Assembly: GCA_036676395.1 (NCBI GenBank)
Contig: JAKFCY010000002.1
Span: 1,760,001 to 1,824,000 of the forward strand
DNA length: 64,000 nt
Direction of reading: 5' to 3'
From: Bdellovibrio sp.
GTDB lineage: Bacteria > Bdellovibrionota > Bdellovibrionia > Bdellovibrionales > Bdellovibrionaceae
Positions 10,102 through 19,710 of this stretch are shown here, piece after piece (position 1 is the first letter of the stretch; the number at the start of each line of letters is the position of its first letter). Both the position numbers and the translations under genes were made by a program. The notes under the pieces are model-generated. The model did not search any database and was not told the DNA's origin. It worked only from the letters and a program-made list of their open reading frames with translations.

Positions 10102-11535
10102 ATGAATATGCGCAACGCAATGACCGTCTTTTTAATCTCAGCATTAACTACAACTGTTTCGTTCGCTGGTCCGATCGTAAATAAATTAGGTAAAAACCCG
10201 TTCAACACTCAAATTGCTGAACTTATCGAATCCGCTTTAGGGCGCTGGTCTCAATCAGATTCATTAAACCCAGCGGTTGCGTTCTATGAAACTTTTCCTG
10301 CACGATCAATGCTGCCTTTAGATGATGTTACATTTGTACCGCGATCGAACGATACAGATTCAGTGGTATTAACTGATTATATTGCCATCGGCGCCCAGTC
10401 GTCTGTGGGATCTGCAATTGGCTTACGTATGGCTTTAGCGCCGCAAGAATCCCGGCTTAAAGTTTCTCAGTCACTGGCCGAAAGTGGATTAGTTAAAAGT
10501 GGTGATATTATCGTCTCAACTCGTCCTCTATTTGCGAACTCGTTACAATACTTAGCCTTACAATTATTAAATACTCACAACTCTGTAGCTGTTGTTGTTA
10601 ACGAAAACGGCAAAAAATTATTTTATAACATCGATATGCCGATGGATGAAGACATGTTAGGAGGTGCAGCTTTGGGTTTTGGCAGATCCACCATCGATTC
10701 ACCGCATTTTACTAAAGATAACAAAAACATGATGGTTCATATTTTACGCCCACGTTTAGACTCAAACCAAAAAGCAAACCTGCAAAAATGGCTAGAAAAA
10801 TCCTTAAGCAAAGCGCGCGCAAAAACTATTTACCCAAAGTTTGTATCTTTTAACAAAGATTACAATAAACCGACGTATCAAAGTAACGGAGATCTATCTT
10901 TCGTGGCTGATGTCGCCCGTCTTTTATTGGGCCAGAAAATGCAGGTTCACAAACATATCAAAATGTACTGCTCTGAATTTTCGTGGGTAATGTTATCGCT
11001 AAAAGATTGTAATCCAGACACAACTGCAGATGATTTCAAAACATCAAAAACTCCGGCATGCGTGAAAGAATTTTTTAAACCGATGCAAATGTTTGGTTCT
11101 GCATTCAGCGGCGGCTCGGCTTCGGATCCGAGTTTATATGGCATGAGTGATGGTATTCCGATGTTGATCACTCAAACGGGGGCATTGCCCCGGACAAGTA
11201 TGGAACTTATCGACTTTGCTTTACCTGGTGTTGATCGTGAAGCGGATGGTTTATCTAGCGGACACAAAGCCATCGCTGCCGAGATGGCACCCTTGATTAA
11301 AAAGGCCAATGGTTACTTCAAGTTAATTTTAACTCGGGAATACTCACAAATTGATGATGCCCGGGCAAAACTAAATCCAGCTGCTCCCCGCAACTATTCT
11401 CCAACTAGTTTTTCAGTACTGGCTGCCATACCAGACACGTTAAACGGTCAAAAAGTAACACAAAAAAAATTCGACTACGTCACAACAATTAAATACCTTC
11501 CCAAAGCTAAACTCAAAGACCTACAGTCGAAATAA
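10102..11535 (+). CDS. Secreted permuted papain-like (NlpC/P60, YiiX/YebB-like) enzyme, paralog 1
   Basis: Signal peptide; GDIIVS, then His (NTHNS) before Cys (MYCSEFSW); late YSPT motif. Confidence 0.65.
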   Translation: MNMRNAMTVFLISALTTTVSFAGPIVNKLGKNPFNTQIAELIESALGRWSQSDSLNPAVAFYETFPARSMLPLDDVTFVPRSNDTDSVVLTDYIAIGAQSSVGSAIGLRMALAPQESRLKVSQSLAESGLVKSGDIIVSTRPLFANSLQYLALQLLNTHNSVAVVVNENGKKLFYNIDMPMDEDMLGGAALGFGRSTIDSPHFTKDNKNMMVHILRPRLDSNQKANLQKWLEKSLSKARAKTIYPKFVSFNKDYNKPTYQSNGDLSFVADVARLLLGQKMQVHKHIKMYCSEFSWVMLSLKDCNPDTTADDFKTSKTPACVKEFFKPMQMFGSAFSGGSASDPSLYGMSDGIPMLITQTGALPRTSMELIDFALPGVDREADGLSSGHKAIAAEMAPLIKKANGYFKLILTREYSQIDDARAKLNPAAPRNYSPTSFSVLAAIPDTLNGQKVTQKKFDYVTTIKYLPKAKLKDLQSK

Positions 11536-11557
11536 GCCTGTTTTTTCTCGCACCGAG

Positions 11558-11570
11558 GGGGCATTGCCCC
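11558..11570. repeat. GGGGCATTGCCCC palindrome (REP-like)
   Basis: Same 13-mer core occurs at 11179 and 15269, with partial copies at 14589 and 15078. Confidence 0.7.
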
Positions 11571-11732
11571 GAATAAACGTAGTGTCTCAATCTGAGAAAA
11601 ACACTTACAGCAACACTGAACTGTGTCTGATTGTGTCTGACGACGAGTTAGACACTAGGGCCCGCAATAATTGTCCTACGTCAAAATTTTAAGCCTTAAA
11701 ACAATTTTATCCTGTTTAAAGCTTTCTGAATC

Positions 11733-11748
11733 GGGCACTTTTCTTGAA
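11733..11748 (+). promoter_or_regulatory. Possible sigma-54-type promoter for paralog 2
   Basis: GGGCAC-TTTTC-TTGAA resembles TGGCAC-N5-TTGC; repeated GTGTCT sites lie 80-150 bp upstream. Confidence 0.35.
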
Positions 11749-11808
11749 CCCTAGCTCTTCGTTGAGTTTTTATAAACGGTTATTAATTATATAAAACGGA
11801 GAAAACAT

Positions 11809-13245
11809 ATGAACATGAAAAAAGCAATTAGCGCCTTTTTAAGTACAGCATTACTGGTAAGCACAGCGACTGCTGGTCCCATCGTAAACAAATTGGGAAA
11901 AAATGCGTTTAACACACAAATTTCTGCAGGGATTGAATCAGTTCTTGGTAAGTGGACTCAGTCTGCTTCATTAAATCCTTCAGTCGTATTCTATGAAACT
12001 TTTCCGGCAAAAGGAATGTTACCTTTAAATGACGTATCTTTTGTTCCCCGTTCAGACGATTCAAATTCAGTTGTATTAACAGACTACATTTCTATCGCTG
12101 CACAATCAGCAACTGGAACTTCATTAGGTTTACGTATGGCTTTAGCACCGCAAGAATCTCGTCTTGAAGCAGCTCGTTCAATGGCTGAAAGCGGATTAAT
12201 TAAAACTGGCGACACTATCGTTTCGGTTCGTCCGATGTTTGCTAACTCATTACAATATTTAGCGATTCAATTACTTAACACGCACATTTCAACTGCTGTT
12301 GTTGTTACTGAAAATGGCCGTAAGGTTGTTTACAACATCGATATGCCGATGGATGGAGACATGTTAGGCGGAGCTTCTTTAGGTTTTGGTAAATCAGCAA
12401 TGGATTCTCCGCATTTCGTAGCTGATAACGAAAATATGATGTTACATATTTTACGCCCGCGTTTAACTGAAGCGCAAAGACAAAACATGCAAAAATGGTT
12501 TGAAAAATCTTTAGCTAAAGCCCGCGCTAAAACGATGTACCCGAAATCTTTATCTTTCAACTCAGATTACAACAGCCCGACTTACCGTGGTAGTGACATC
12601 TCTTTCGTAGGTGATGTAGGCCGTCTTTTATTAGACCAAAAATTAAAAGCTGCTGACCACTTACAAATGTTTTGTTCTGAATTTGCTTGGGTCATGTTAT
12701 CTTTACGTGACTGTAACCCAGATACTACTGCAAAAGATTTCGCAAAAAATAACACTCCGTCTTGCGTATCTAAATTTTTTGAACCAATGCAAGTTTTCGG
12801 TTCTGGCTTTAGCGGTGGTGATGTTGAAAGAGACCAATCATTATATGGTATGACTGATGGTATCCCAATGCTAATCGAGCAAACTGGTGCTGGTCCTCAA
12901 GTGGCTATGCAATTAATCGACTTCTCTTTACCAGGTACTGAAAAAGAAGCAAAAGGTTTATCGAGCGGTCATAAAGGTGTAGCTTCTGCAATGGCTCCGC
13001 TAATCGCTCAAATGAACGGTTACTTTAAATTAGCTTTATTAGACAAAACTGCTGCGAAAATCGATGGAGCAAGAGCTCAGTTAAATCCGGCTTCTCCTCG
13101 TAACTACTCGCCAACAGGTTTCTCGGTTCATGCAGCAATGCCGAACTCGATCAACGGTAAAACTGTATCACAAAAGAAATTTGACTACGTAGTAACTGTA
13201 AAATACGTACCTAAAGCTAAACTTAAAGATCTTCAATCTAAATAA
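11809..13245 (+). CDS. Secreted permuted papain-like enzyme, paralog 2
   Basis: Colinear with 10102-11535 (GPIVNKLGKN ... PKAKLKDLQSK); NTHIS and MFCSEFAW motifs. Confidence 0.65.
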   Translation: MNMKKAISAFLSTALLVSTATAGPIVNKLGKNAFNTQISAGIESVLGKWTQSASLNPSVVFYETFPAKGMLPLNDVSFVPRSDDSNSVVLTDYISIAAQSATGTSLGLRMALAPQESRLEAARSMAESGLIKTGDTIVSVRPMFANSLQYLAIQLLNTHISTAVVVTENGRKVVYNIDMPMDGDMLGGASLGFGKSAMDSPHFVADNENMMLHILRPRLTEAQRQNMQKWFEKSLAKARAKTMYPKSLSFNSDYNSPTYRGSDISFVGDVGRLLLDQKLKAADHLQMFCSEFAWVMLSLRDCNPDTTAKDFAKNNTPSCVSKFFEPMQVFGSGFSGGDVERDQSLYGMTDGIPMLIEQTGAGPQVAMQLIDFSLPGTEKEAKGLSSGHKGVASAMAPLIAQMNGYFKLALLDKTAAKIDGARAQLNPASPRNYSPTGFSVHAAMPNSINGKTVSQKKFDYVVTVKYVPKAKLKDLQSK

Positions 13246-13272
13246 TTTAAAGCGAAAGAAAACGAGAAATAT

Positions 13273-13779
13273 ATGAAAAAACAAATTTTATTAACTCTAG
13301 TGACTTTGTTAACTGTATCTTCAGCTTTCGCTGAATCAGAGATCACGAGACTACAACGCGTAAAAACTAAAGATTGCTCGACTGCTGAATTAGCAAAAGC
13401 AATTACAGCGACTGCAGATAACGTTCTTTACTCAGAGAAAAAAGTAACTGTTCTTGAAGAAAGCTTAGAAATCACAACAGAACAAAAAGAAGCTGGCACG
13501 ATCGCTAAAGTATTAGGTTCATACCCACGCTCTAGTGTATCAGCGCACAACAAAACTGTTGCTAAAGCAGAAGCGACTGCAGCTGCAGGTAAAGTCGGTA
13601 TCACAGCCCCTGCATCATTTGATGTTGTTTACGCAGTTCAAGATGCATCTGGTGCTCAAATTGGTTCTAGAGGCCGTGTTTCTATCGCAGTAACTTGCCG
13701 TGTAGAAAAAATCGGTAACAAGATCGCTCACGCGGCTTCTCTTTTATCTTTCGATGTAAAAGCTAAAGGCGTTAAGTAA
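13273..13779 (+). CDS. Hypothetical secreted protein
   Basis: Signal peptide ending AFA; two Cys; starts 27 bp after paralog 2 and before a terminator. Confidence 0.75.
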   Translation: MKKQILLTLVTLLTVSSAFAESEITRLQRVKTKDCSTAELAKAITATADNVLYSEKKVTVLEESLEITTEQKEAGTIAKVLGSYPRSSVSAHNKTVAKAEATAAAGKVGITAPASFDVVYAVQDASGAQIGSRGRVSIAVTCRVEKIGNKIAHAASLLSFDVKAKGVK

Positions 13780-13811
13780 TTTTTAAATAAGAAAACCAAG
13801 ACCCAAACTTT

Positions 13812-13846
13812 AAGCCCAGACACTTTATCAAAGTCTGGGCTTTTTT
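13812..13846 (+). terminator. Rho-independent terminator
   Basis: AAGCCCAGAC-N11-GTCTGGGCTT followed by a T tract. Confidence 0.85.
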
Positions 13847-13878
13847 ATTTCTGGAACACTTCTTTCTAGACTAGCCGT

Positions 13879-13905
13879 TAAAACCCGCGCCCTGCTTACC
13901 GATAA
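13879..13905 (+). promoter_or_regulatory. Sigma-28 (FliA)-like promoter
   Basis: TAAA-N15-ACCGATAA ending 7 bp before ATG at 13913. Confidence 0.65.
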
Positions 13906-13912
13906 AAACGGT

Positions 13913-14542
13913 ATGCAAAACATAAAACAAAAAATCAGCGCTCTTTTTTTATTAGCTACGTTAACAATCGCGGGCAATGCCCATGCTCAGACACTTAAAG
14001 TCGGCGATATTATCTTTCACAAAAGTCAGTCGCAACAAGCAAAAGCGATTACTGAAGCCTCTGGATCTGAATGGACTCACGTTGGAATTCTAGTTGCCAG
14101 CGCCGGTAAATGGTATGTGGCCGAAGCTATTGGCCCGGTTAAAGCAACTCCGCTGCAAGATTTTATCAACCGTGGTAAAAACAAAGAGTATAAAATCTAT
14201 CGTTTCAAACACTTCAATCCAAAAACAATGGAATTAGCATTACATAATGCGATCAAAAGACAAAACAAGCCTTACGACATCTATTTCGAAATGTCTGACA
14301 CTAGAACATATTGTTCAGAACTAGTTTACAAAGCGATGCGCGAAGTAACCGGTCAAGAAGTTGGCACAATGCAAAAGTTTAAAGATTTAAAATTAACTGG
14401 CCCGTATGTGAAAGCGTTAATTAAAAAGCGCCTAACAGACACTGGTCGCGAACTAGATCCGAACGAACCAATCATCACTCCGATCTCACAAATGCGCGAA
14501 TCAGATTTTACGCTCGTAAAACAATACGTAAAATCACGCTAA
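13913..14542 (+). CDS. YiiX-family permuted papain-like amidase, secreted
   Basis: GDIIFHKSQSQQAKAI, WTHVGIL, VAEAIGPV, KPYD, YCSELVYK and IITP motifs. Confidence 0.9.
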   Translation: MQNIKQKISALFLLATLTIAGNAHAQTLKVGDIIFHKSQSQQAKAITEASGSEWTHVGILVASAGKWYVAEAIGPVKATPLQDFINRGKNKEYKIYRFKHFNPKTMELALHNAIKRQNKPYDIYFEMSDTRTYCSELVYKAMREVTGQEVGTMQKFKDLKLTGPYVKALIKKRLTDTGRELDPNEPIITPISQMRESDFTLVKQYVKSR

Positions 14543-14575
14543 TTACTTTCGCAAAAAATACGAATTACACTTCAC

Positions 14576-14613
14576 AAACCGTTTCCAAGGCATTGCCCCG
14601 AAACGGTTTTTTA
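14576..14613 (+). terminator. Hairpin/terminator with GGCATTGCCCC core
   Basis: AAACCGTTTC-CAAGGCATTGCCCC-GAAACGGTTT followed by a T run. Confidence 0.7.
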
Positions 14614-14704
14614 CTTTCCACAACCGCCGCAGTTCCGCACTTCGTCCTTGATCTCGCGTTAAACTGGGCACCGCCCCGCTCTGTAAGTTGCACCATGCGC
14701 ATAT

Positions 14705-15304
14705 ATGCAACAAAGCTTATATTTCAAGACCAAAGTTAATTACAGAAAAGAACACGGCGGAGACCTTTCTATATGCCGACGTAAATCTAAACGCCATCTC
14801 ACGATCAAAAATCCCTTTCATGTAACACTTAGAAGTGAGTATGCGACTGGAAAACGATCTTTGCTGCGGCATAAAAACATGATCTACAAGGTTTTACATA
14901 AGGCTTCTCGCCGTTTCGGAGTTAAGATTTATCAACAGGCGATTTGCGGTAATCATATTCATTTATTAGTACGCGGGCGACAGCGATTTGCGATTCAAAA
15001 CTTTTTTCGCGTTGTTGCAGGCCATATCGCGCAGAAAGTTCTCGAGCTCCACCCGATTTCTGATCAAGAACGCCAGCGGGGCAATGCCCTATCTAAAGAT
15101 GCAAAAGCGAAGTATCAGCGGAAATTTTGGGGAGCGTTGTTGTATTCGAGGATGGTTCGGTGGGGACGGGATTTTTCGAATGTTGTGAATTATATCGAAA
15201 GAAACATCCTGGAAGCTATCGGCTGGATTCCGTATGTGCGAAAGAAATGGCGCTATATAGAAAAAGGTGGGGCAATGCCCCACCTTTTTGAAATTCGTGA
15301 ATGA
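14705..15304 (+). mobile_element. HUH Y1 tyrosine transposase (IS200-like / RAYT-type)
   Basis: PFHVTLRS, GNHIHLLV (HUH), RKFW and VVNYIERN (catalytic Tyr helix); no tnpB follows. Confidence 0.85.
15261..15289. repeat. Perfect 14-bp-arm palindrome inside the 3' end of the transposase
   Basis: AAAAAGGTGGGGCA-A-TGCCCCACCTTTTT; could also serve as a bidirectional terminator. Confidence 0.85.
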
Positions 15305-15315
15305 AAATCTGCTGC

Positions 15316-16644
15316 TTAGCGAATAATTTCTAAGGCTTTATTGATGTGTTTATCACCGTCTTCATCAAATGATGTTGATGTGAATTTGAATTTCGACGAC
15401 GTGTTATCTAATTGTAGTACTGTGAAATTATGTTTGCTTGTCGAATCAAGACGACGCGGGTTTTTCTTTCTTTTTGCATTACCTAAGAAAGTAAAACTGT
15501 GCATTGAACTTGAGGTTATTTCGAATGTTTTATAACCTAAGACTTTCGATTCAATTTGCATAATTTCAGAAAAATGTACGTCTCCTGAAACAAAACACAC
15601 TGGCGCATTGATACGTGACAACTGTTGGCAAATTAACGATAAGTCTTTAGCTTGCTCGTATTCGTAAGCGTCTTTCTTAAGATAACCACCGAAAAATTGG
15701 CTGCCGTTCATTAAAAATGCCGGCGAATTATCAGAACTTAGTGTTGAAAATAATTGGTCCTTTTGCGTCTCGCCCCATTGAGTCGTTGCATTTCTGTTAA
15801 AACGACCATCCATTAAACAAAATTTGTAACCGAAAACAGATAGAACTTGTGATACACCCACGCCACGTTTGTATTTGTCGTGTTCTGGATATAACCAAAA
15901 ATTAGAGAATAATTCTAGCGTGAATTGCTTTCCGCCAAAAGATCCATCGAAGCCATTGCCCCCGAAATCGTGGTCATCCCAAATAGCCATGATAGGAACT
16001 AAGTTTTTGTGACGAAACACTCCGATTTTAGTACGCGTTTCAGTGTAACGTTTCCAAAAACCTAATTGTGTTCCATCATTGCCGTTATCTGCATAACATG
16101 TATCTCCGACCAGAAAAACTAAGTCTGGAGTTTGATTTCCCAACGAGGCCCACATTTGCGTGCATGCTGATTTAAAAAAATCATTCATACAGCTTGCAAT
16201 AGCTACTTTTGGATTTTTCTTATTCGTATCTAAGGCCTTAAAATTACGTTCATCGACGATTTTACCCTTAGCATCTAAAACACGAAATCTATAAGTCTGA
16301 CCTAATTGAAGACCAGTCACTTTAAATTTATCTAATTGTAAATCTGAACCCTTCATTCCCGCTGCTGATAAAGCAACTAAGGCAAGCTTTGCATTTTTGC
16401 TATCAACTACTTCAACCGACAGTTCTGCTGTTTTTGGACGTAGTACATTAAAGTAAGCTAAATCTTCAAAAGTTAAACCTTGATGAATTGGATATTTACC
16501 CGTGTAAGCAGGAGTTGTTGCTAATGTAGATACCATATCTGATTCTTGTGCCCAAACTCTTGAGCCCCCGAAAGGTTTAAATGTAAGAATGCCGGCAGAT
16601 ATAATACCTGAGTGTTTTAAAAAATCACGACGTGATTGTGACAT
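15316..16644 (-). CDS. phoD: Tat-exported PhoD-family phosphatase/phosphodiesterase
   Basis: SRRDFLK twin-arginine signal; ASC, GDTCYAD, IWDDHDF and SGDVHFSE motifs; AGGAGG upstream of ATG at 16644. Confidence 0.88.
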   Translation of the reverse strand: MSQSRRDFLKHSGIISAGILTFKPFGGSRVWAQESDMVSTLATTPAYTGKYPIHQGLTFEDLAYFNVLRPKTAELSVEVVDSKNAKLALVALSAAGMKGSDLQLDKFKVTGLQLGQTYRFRVLDAKGKIVDERNFKALDTNKKNPKVAIASCMNDFFKSACTQMWASLGNQTPDLVFLVGDTCYADNGNDGTQLGFWKRYTETRTKIGVFRHKNLVPIMAIWDDHDFGGNGFDGSFGGKQFTLELFSNFWLYPEHDKYKRGVGVSQVLSVFGYKFCLMDGRFNRNATTQWGETQKDQLFSTLSSDNSPAFLMNGSQFFGGYLKKDAYEYEQAKDLSLICQQLSRINAPVCFVSGDVHFSEIMQIESKVLGYKTFEITSSSMHSFTFLGNAKRKKNPRRLDSTSKHNFTVLQLDNTSSKFKFTSTSFDEDGDKHINKALEIIR

Positions 16645-17069
16645 ATGGATGGTCCTCCTAACTAACCTTTCGGAGGGCAAATTCGCCGATTCGACTAGAC
16701 TTATGTGAATCTGGACTATTGCTAGACCACTGGCCTAACTTCTGTAGTGCGATTGTACTAAAACAAAACGGCGCCAAAAATTATTCACCTGAAATTTGGT
16801 GCACAAGTTCGCTTCAGCCTGAAACTTTTTAAAAAGTTATCACCGTGAATTACGCAGCCAATCTGATTCTCATTCTTACGAACGCACCTTTCAGCATGAA
16901 CTTGTTAAAAAAAAATGAAGGATTAAACAAGAAATTCCAATGTGAAACTGGACTTACATCGCCGGTGGATTCTTGACCTTAGATGGTGACCGGGTCTGGA
17001 TCGTTTGCACTGCTAAAGGCTTTGCAAACAAGAAATTAATTTGCTGTCTCAATTTGATCTATGTTGGCT

Positions 17070-17096
17070 TAAGTGAACAGGTTTTTTTGTCGATAA
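17070..17096 (+). promoter_or_regulatory. Sigma-28-like promoter of the surface-protein operon
   Basis: TAAG-N15-GTCGATAA. Confidence 0.55.
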
Positions 17097-17103
17097 ATTA
17101 GTC

Positions 17104-19710
17104 GTGAGATACATGTTGGCACATCTTTGTAAAGCTATGCGTTCTTTTAACCCCATCAGATTATTCGTGGGCGCGTGTTTTATTTTGTTAACATCAGGTT
17201 GTGATTTAAAAGCAAATCTACAATCACTTTTATCAGTTTCAAATGTTCCCATTTGTGAAATTACAGACGGCAAAATTACAAATCCTCCGTGCGAATTACC
17301 TGATGGCTACGAGGAGCATTTTATTTCTGAAAATGAATTCTCTGGCCGTACCACAACAATCACTTCAGCTACTATCGCAGCGTCTTCAACACTTGTTTAC
17401 GGTGAAGAAGGCTTTGAAGGTGTAGCCGTACTTTCACAGCTTCCGATAGCTTGGTCTACGGGCTATGCCGTCTTGAGTTTAGATAAATCTTTAAATCAAC
17501 AAGGTGGAACATTTAATCCTGATTACCTTGCTAATAATATCGCGTCTGGAACTTCTATCTTTGGCTTGGCTGGTAGCTTCTTTAGCACGCAAAAAGTTTA
17601 TTGCTCTAATACAGATACAGCGTCTTCGACCTCTACTGTTCCTGGCATTGGACTTCCGGTAAATGGTAACGAATGTGTGGCTCCTGAAAATAACTTTATC
17701 TATACGACACCATTTAATGGTCGCGCCAACAACTGTAACGCTGCCGGTGGCACGAATAATTCAAGTTGTTTCATTCAACAAGCTGCCCAGGATTTATATT
17801 TAGCAAATGCAAATTCAGTTCCGTTAGCTTGTACATATAATGGTAACAACGGAACATTCTGGGATGTCTCAACTACAAGCTTAACTTACGGTAAATTAAA
17901 ATCTCCGACTATCAATAGTATTGTTCGTGACTACTGCCAAGTAGCACAAGGACAATTTTTCTATTCAGACCCATTCGGAGGACGCACGTCAGTTTGTGGT
18001 CCGGTACCAAATCCGCCATGTTTTTTAGAGATTCCACCATATCAGACTCGAACGGTAAACTTAGGTGAATCATCGACCACGCCAGTATGCCTAGAAGATC
18101 AATCAGACATTTTACCAGCAAACTGGTTAGGTGGCCTTGATGAACCGCTAAGTAAAAATTCGGCGCAATGTTTAACACCGGGTAATAACCGCTACGTTTA
18201 CAACACAGCCTATGATGGACGTTTTCGCGCTTGTAATGGAACTAATATCGGAAAATGTTATTACACTGGTTCAGAAGTTTCTGCAAATATCAGTTATATT
18301 TTTACAACAAGTGAAAATGCATCTTGTCGCACGACTTTGAATTCTTGTGTTAACACTTGTGCGACGCAAAAAGATACTTGTAATGGCTTAGCCGATGCTG
18401 ATGAGAATAAATGTTTAGGGCAATATTCACAATGTTATTATAGCTGTTACGAGCGCCCTACAGTTTCTGGAGTAACACCCGTTGGCTATGCAAAATGCGC
18501 TGACAATGCTTGTACAACGACAAAAAATTCTTGTAACACAGCTTGCGGGTCGAATGTCACATGTAAAAATAATTGTACGACAGCTTACAACGACTGTAAG
18601 TACGTTGAGAATCCACGTACTGGCATTTGGTTTTTAAATGCTTCATTTAATTTAGCAAATCCAAGAACCAAAGCTTTGATCATCCCCGTTGGCCAAAAAA
18701 AATCGGCATCAATTCCGATGGCTGATCTTTTAAATACATCTGCAATTAAAGCCGGTGTAAATATTTTCGGATTCACTGGTTCATTTGGTGGTCTTGGTGT
18801 CTGGGCATCTGGTATGCATCGTGATAAATCAATTCCACAATTAACCTTGAATGAAGAGAATAATAACTTTTCAGGTTTATCTGAAGAACCACTTCCAACA
18901 AATTTTCCGAACTTTTACGAGCCTTTTAAACCGTATCGTGAAGTGACTTCAATTGCCAAAGACGATGATGGTTCAGTCACTGATCAAAATGTATTAGCTA
19001 CTCCAAGTCGCTCTTCATGGGGACAAACCCAGTGTGGTGTCGGGGGCACGTTAACAACAATAGATCTAAAAATTTCAGATTGCGGAGCCAAATTCGGTTC
19101 ACTTTCATCTTGGGATGGCGTAACGAATGGAAATGCCGGTCAAGGTCGCTGGACACTGGTGTCGCGCAAATTAAACGCTTCTACAGGAACAATGGTTGAA
19201 GTATGGCGTGATGAAAGAACCATGATGTTATGGAGTTCTTTAATCAGCGAAGCCACTAATTGGTGTAAAGCTTCAGGCAGCAGCAACAGCACTAATGCTG
19301 CGGTAAATAACCGTTATAAAGAAAATGATCCGTCTGATATTTGTGATAATCCAAGTAACCAAAATCAAGGAGCAGCAGAGACTGTAATCAGCGCTTGTCT
19401 GGCAGATTTAGGTTTTACAAATACTGATGCAGATTTCAATATCAACGGTAAAGTAGACTTGGATTTAACTTCAGCTCCAAAAATTCACTGGCGCATCCCA
19501 ACGATGTACGATTATGAAGTCGCAGAATACAATGGCATTCGTTTCGTATTGCCAGATATGGGAACACAACGAGGCATACCGCTGGTTGAATGGACAGCTA
19601 CGGTTAACTCGGCAAATCGCAGCGAAGCCTGGGGCATCAACTCAATGGATGGAGCACACAGAGTCATCAATCGTTCTGACTTAGCGGGGGTAAGATGTAT
19701 CGGCCGCTAA
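17104..19710 (+). CDS. Cys-rich lipoprotein with fibre-like motifs and C-terminal DUF1566/Lcl-like domain
   Basis: Lipobox LTSGC (start may be ATG at 17137); NIASGTSIFGLAG and AIKAGVNIFGFTG motifs; C-terminal VWRD..T..LWS, WRIPT, EWTAT and VRCIGR. Confidence 0.7.
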   Translation: MRYMLAHLCKAMRSFNPIRLFVGACFILLTSGCDLKANLQSLLSVSNVPICEITDGKITNPPCELPDGYEEHFISENEFSGRTTTITSATIAASSTLVYGEEGFEGVAVLSQLPIAWSTGYAVLSLDKSLNQQGGTFNPDYLANNIASGTSIFGLAGSFFSTQKVYCSNTDTASSTSTVPGIGLPVNGNECVAPENNFIYTTPFNGRANNCNAAGGTNNSSCFIQQAAQDLYLANANSVPLACTYNGNNGTFWDVSTTSLTYGKLKSPTINSIVRDYCQVAQGQFFYSDPFGGRTSVCGPVPNPPCFLEIPPYQTRTVNLGESSTTPVCLEDQSDILPANWLGGLDEPLSKNSAQCLTPGNNRYVYNTAYDGRFRACNGTNIGKCYYTGSEVSANISYIFTTSENASCRTTLNSCVNTCATQKDTCNGLADADENKCLGQYSQCYYSCYERPTVSGVTPVGYAKCADNACTTTKNSCNTACGSNVTCKNNCTTAYNDCKYVENPRTGIWFLNASFNLANPRTKALIIPVGQKKSASIPMADLLNTSAIKAGVNIFGFTGSFGGLGVWASGMHRDKSIPQLTLNEENNNFSGLSEEPLPTNFPNFYEPFKPYREVTSIAKDDDGSVTDQNVLATPSRSSWGQTQCGVGGTLTTIDLKISDCGAKFGSLSSWDGVTNGNAGQGRWTLVSRKLNASTGTMVEVWRDERTMMLWSSLISEATNWCKASGSSNSTNAAVNNRYKENDPSDICDNPSNQNQGAAETVISACLADLGFTNTDADFNINGKVDLDLTSAPKIHWRIPTMYDYEVAEYNGIRFVLPDMGTQRGIPLVEWTATVNSANRSEAWGINSMDGAHRVINRSDLAGVRCIGR

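Noticed and set aside
14705..15304. IS605/IS607 element with TnpB
   Set aside because: No tnpB ORF follows; phoD converges immediately.
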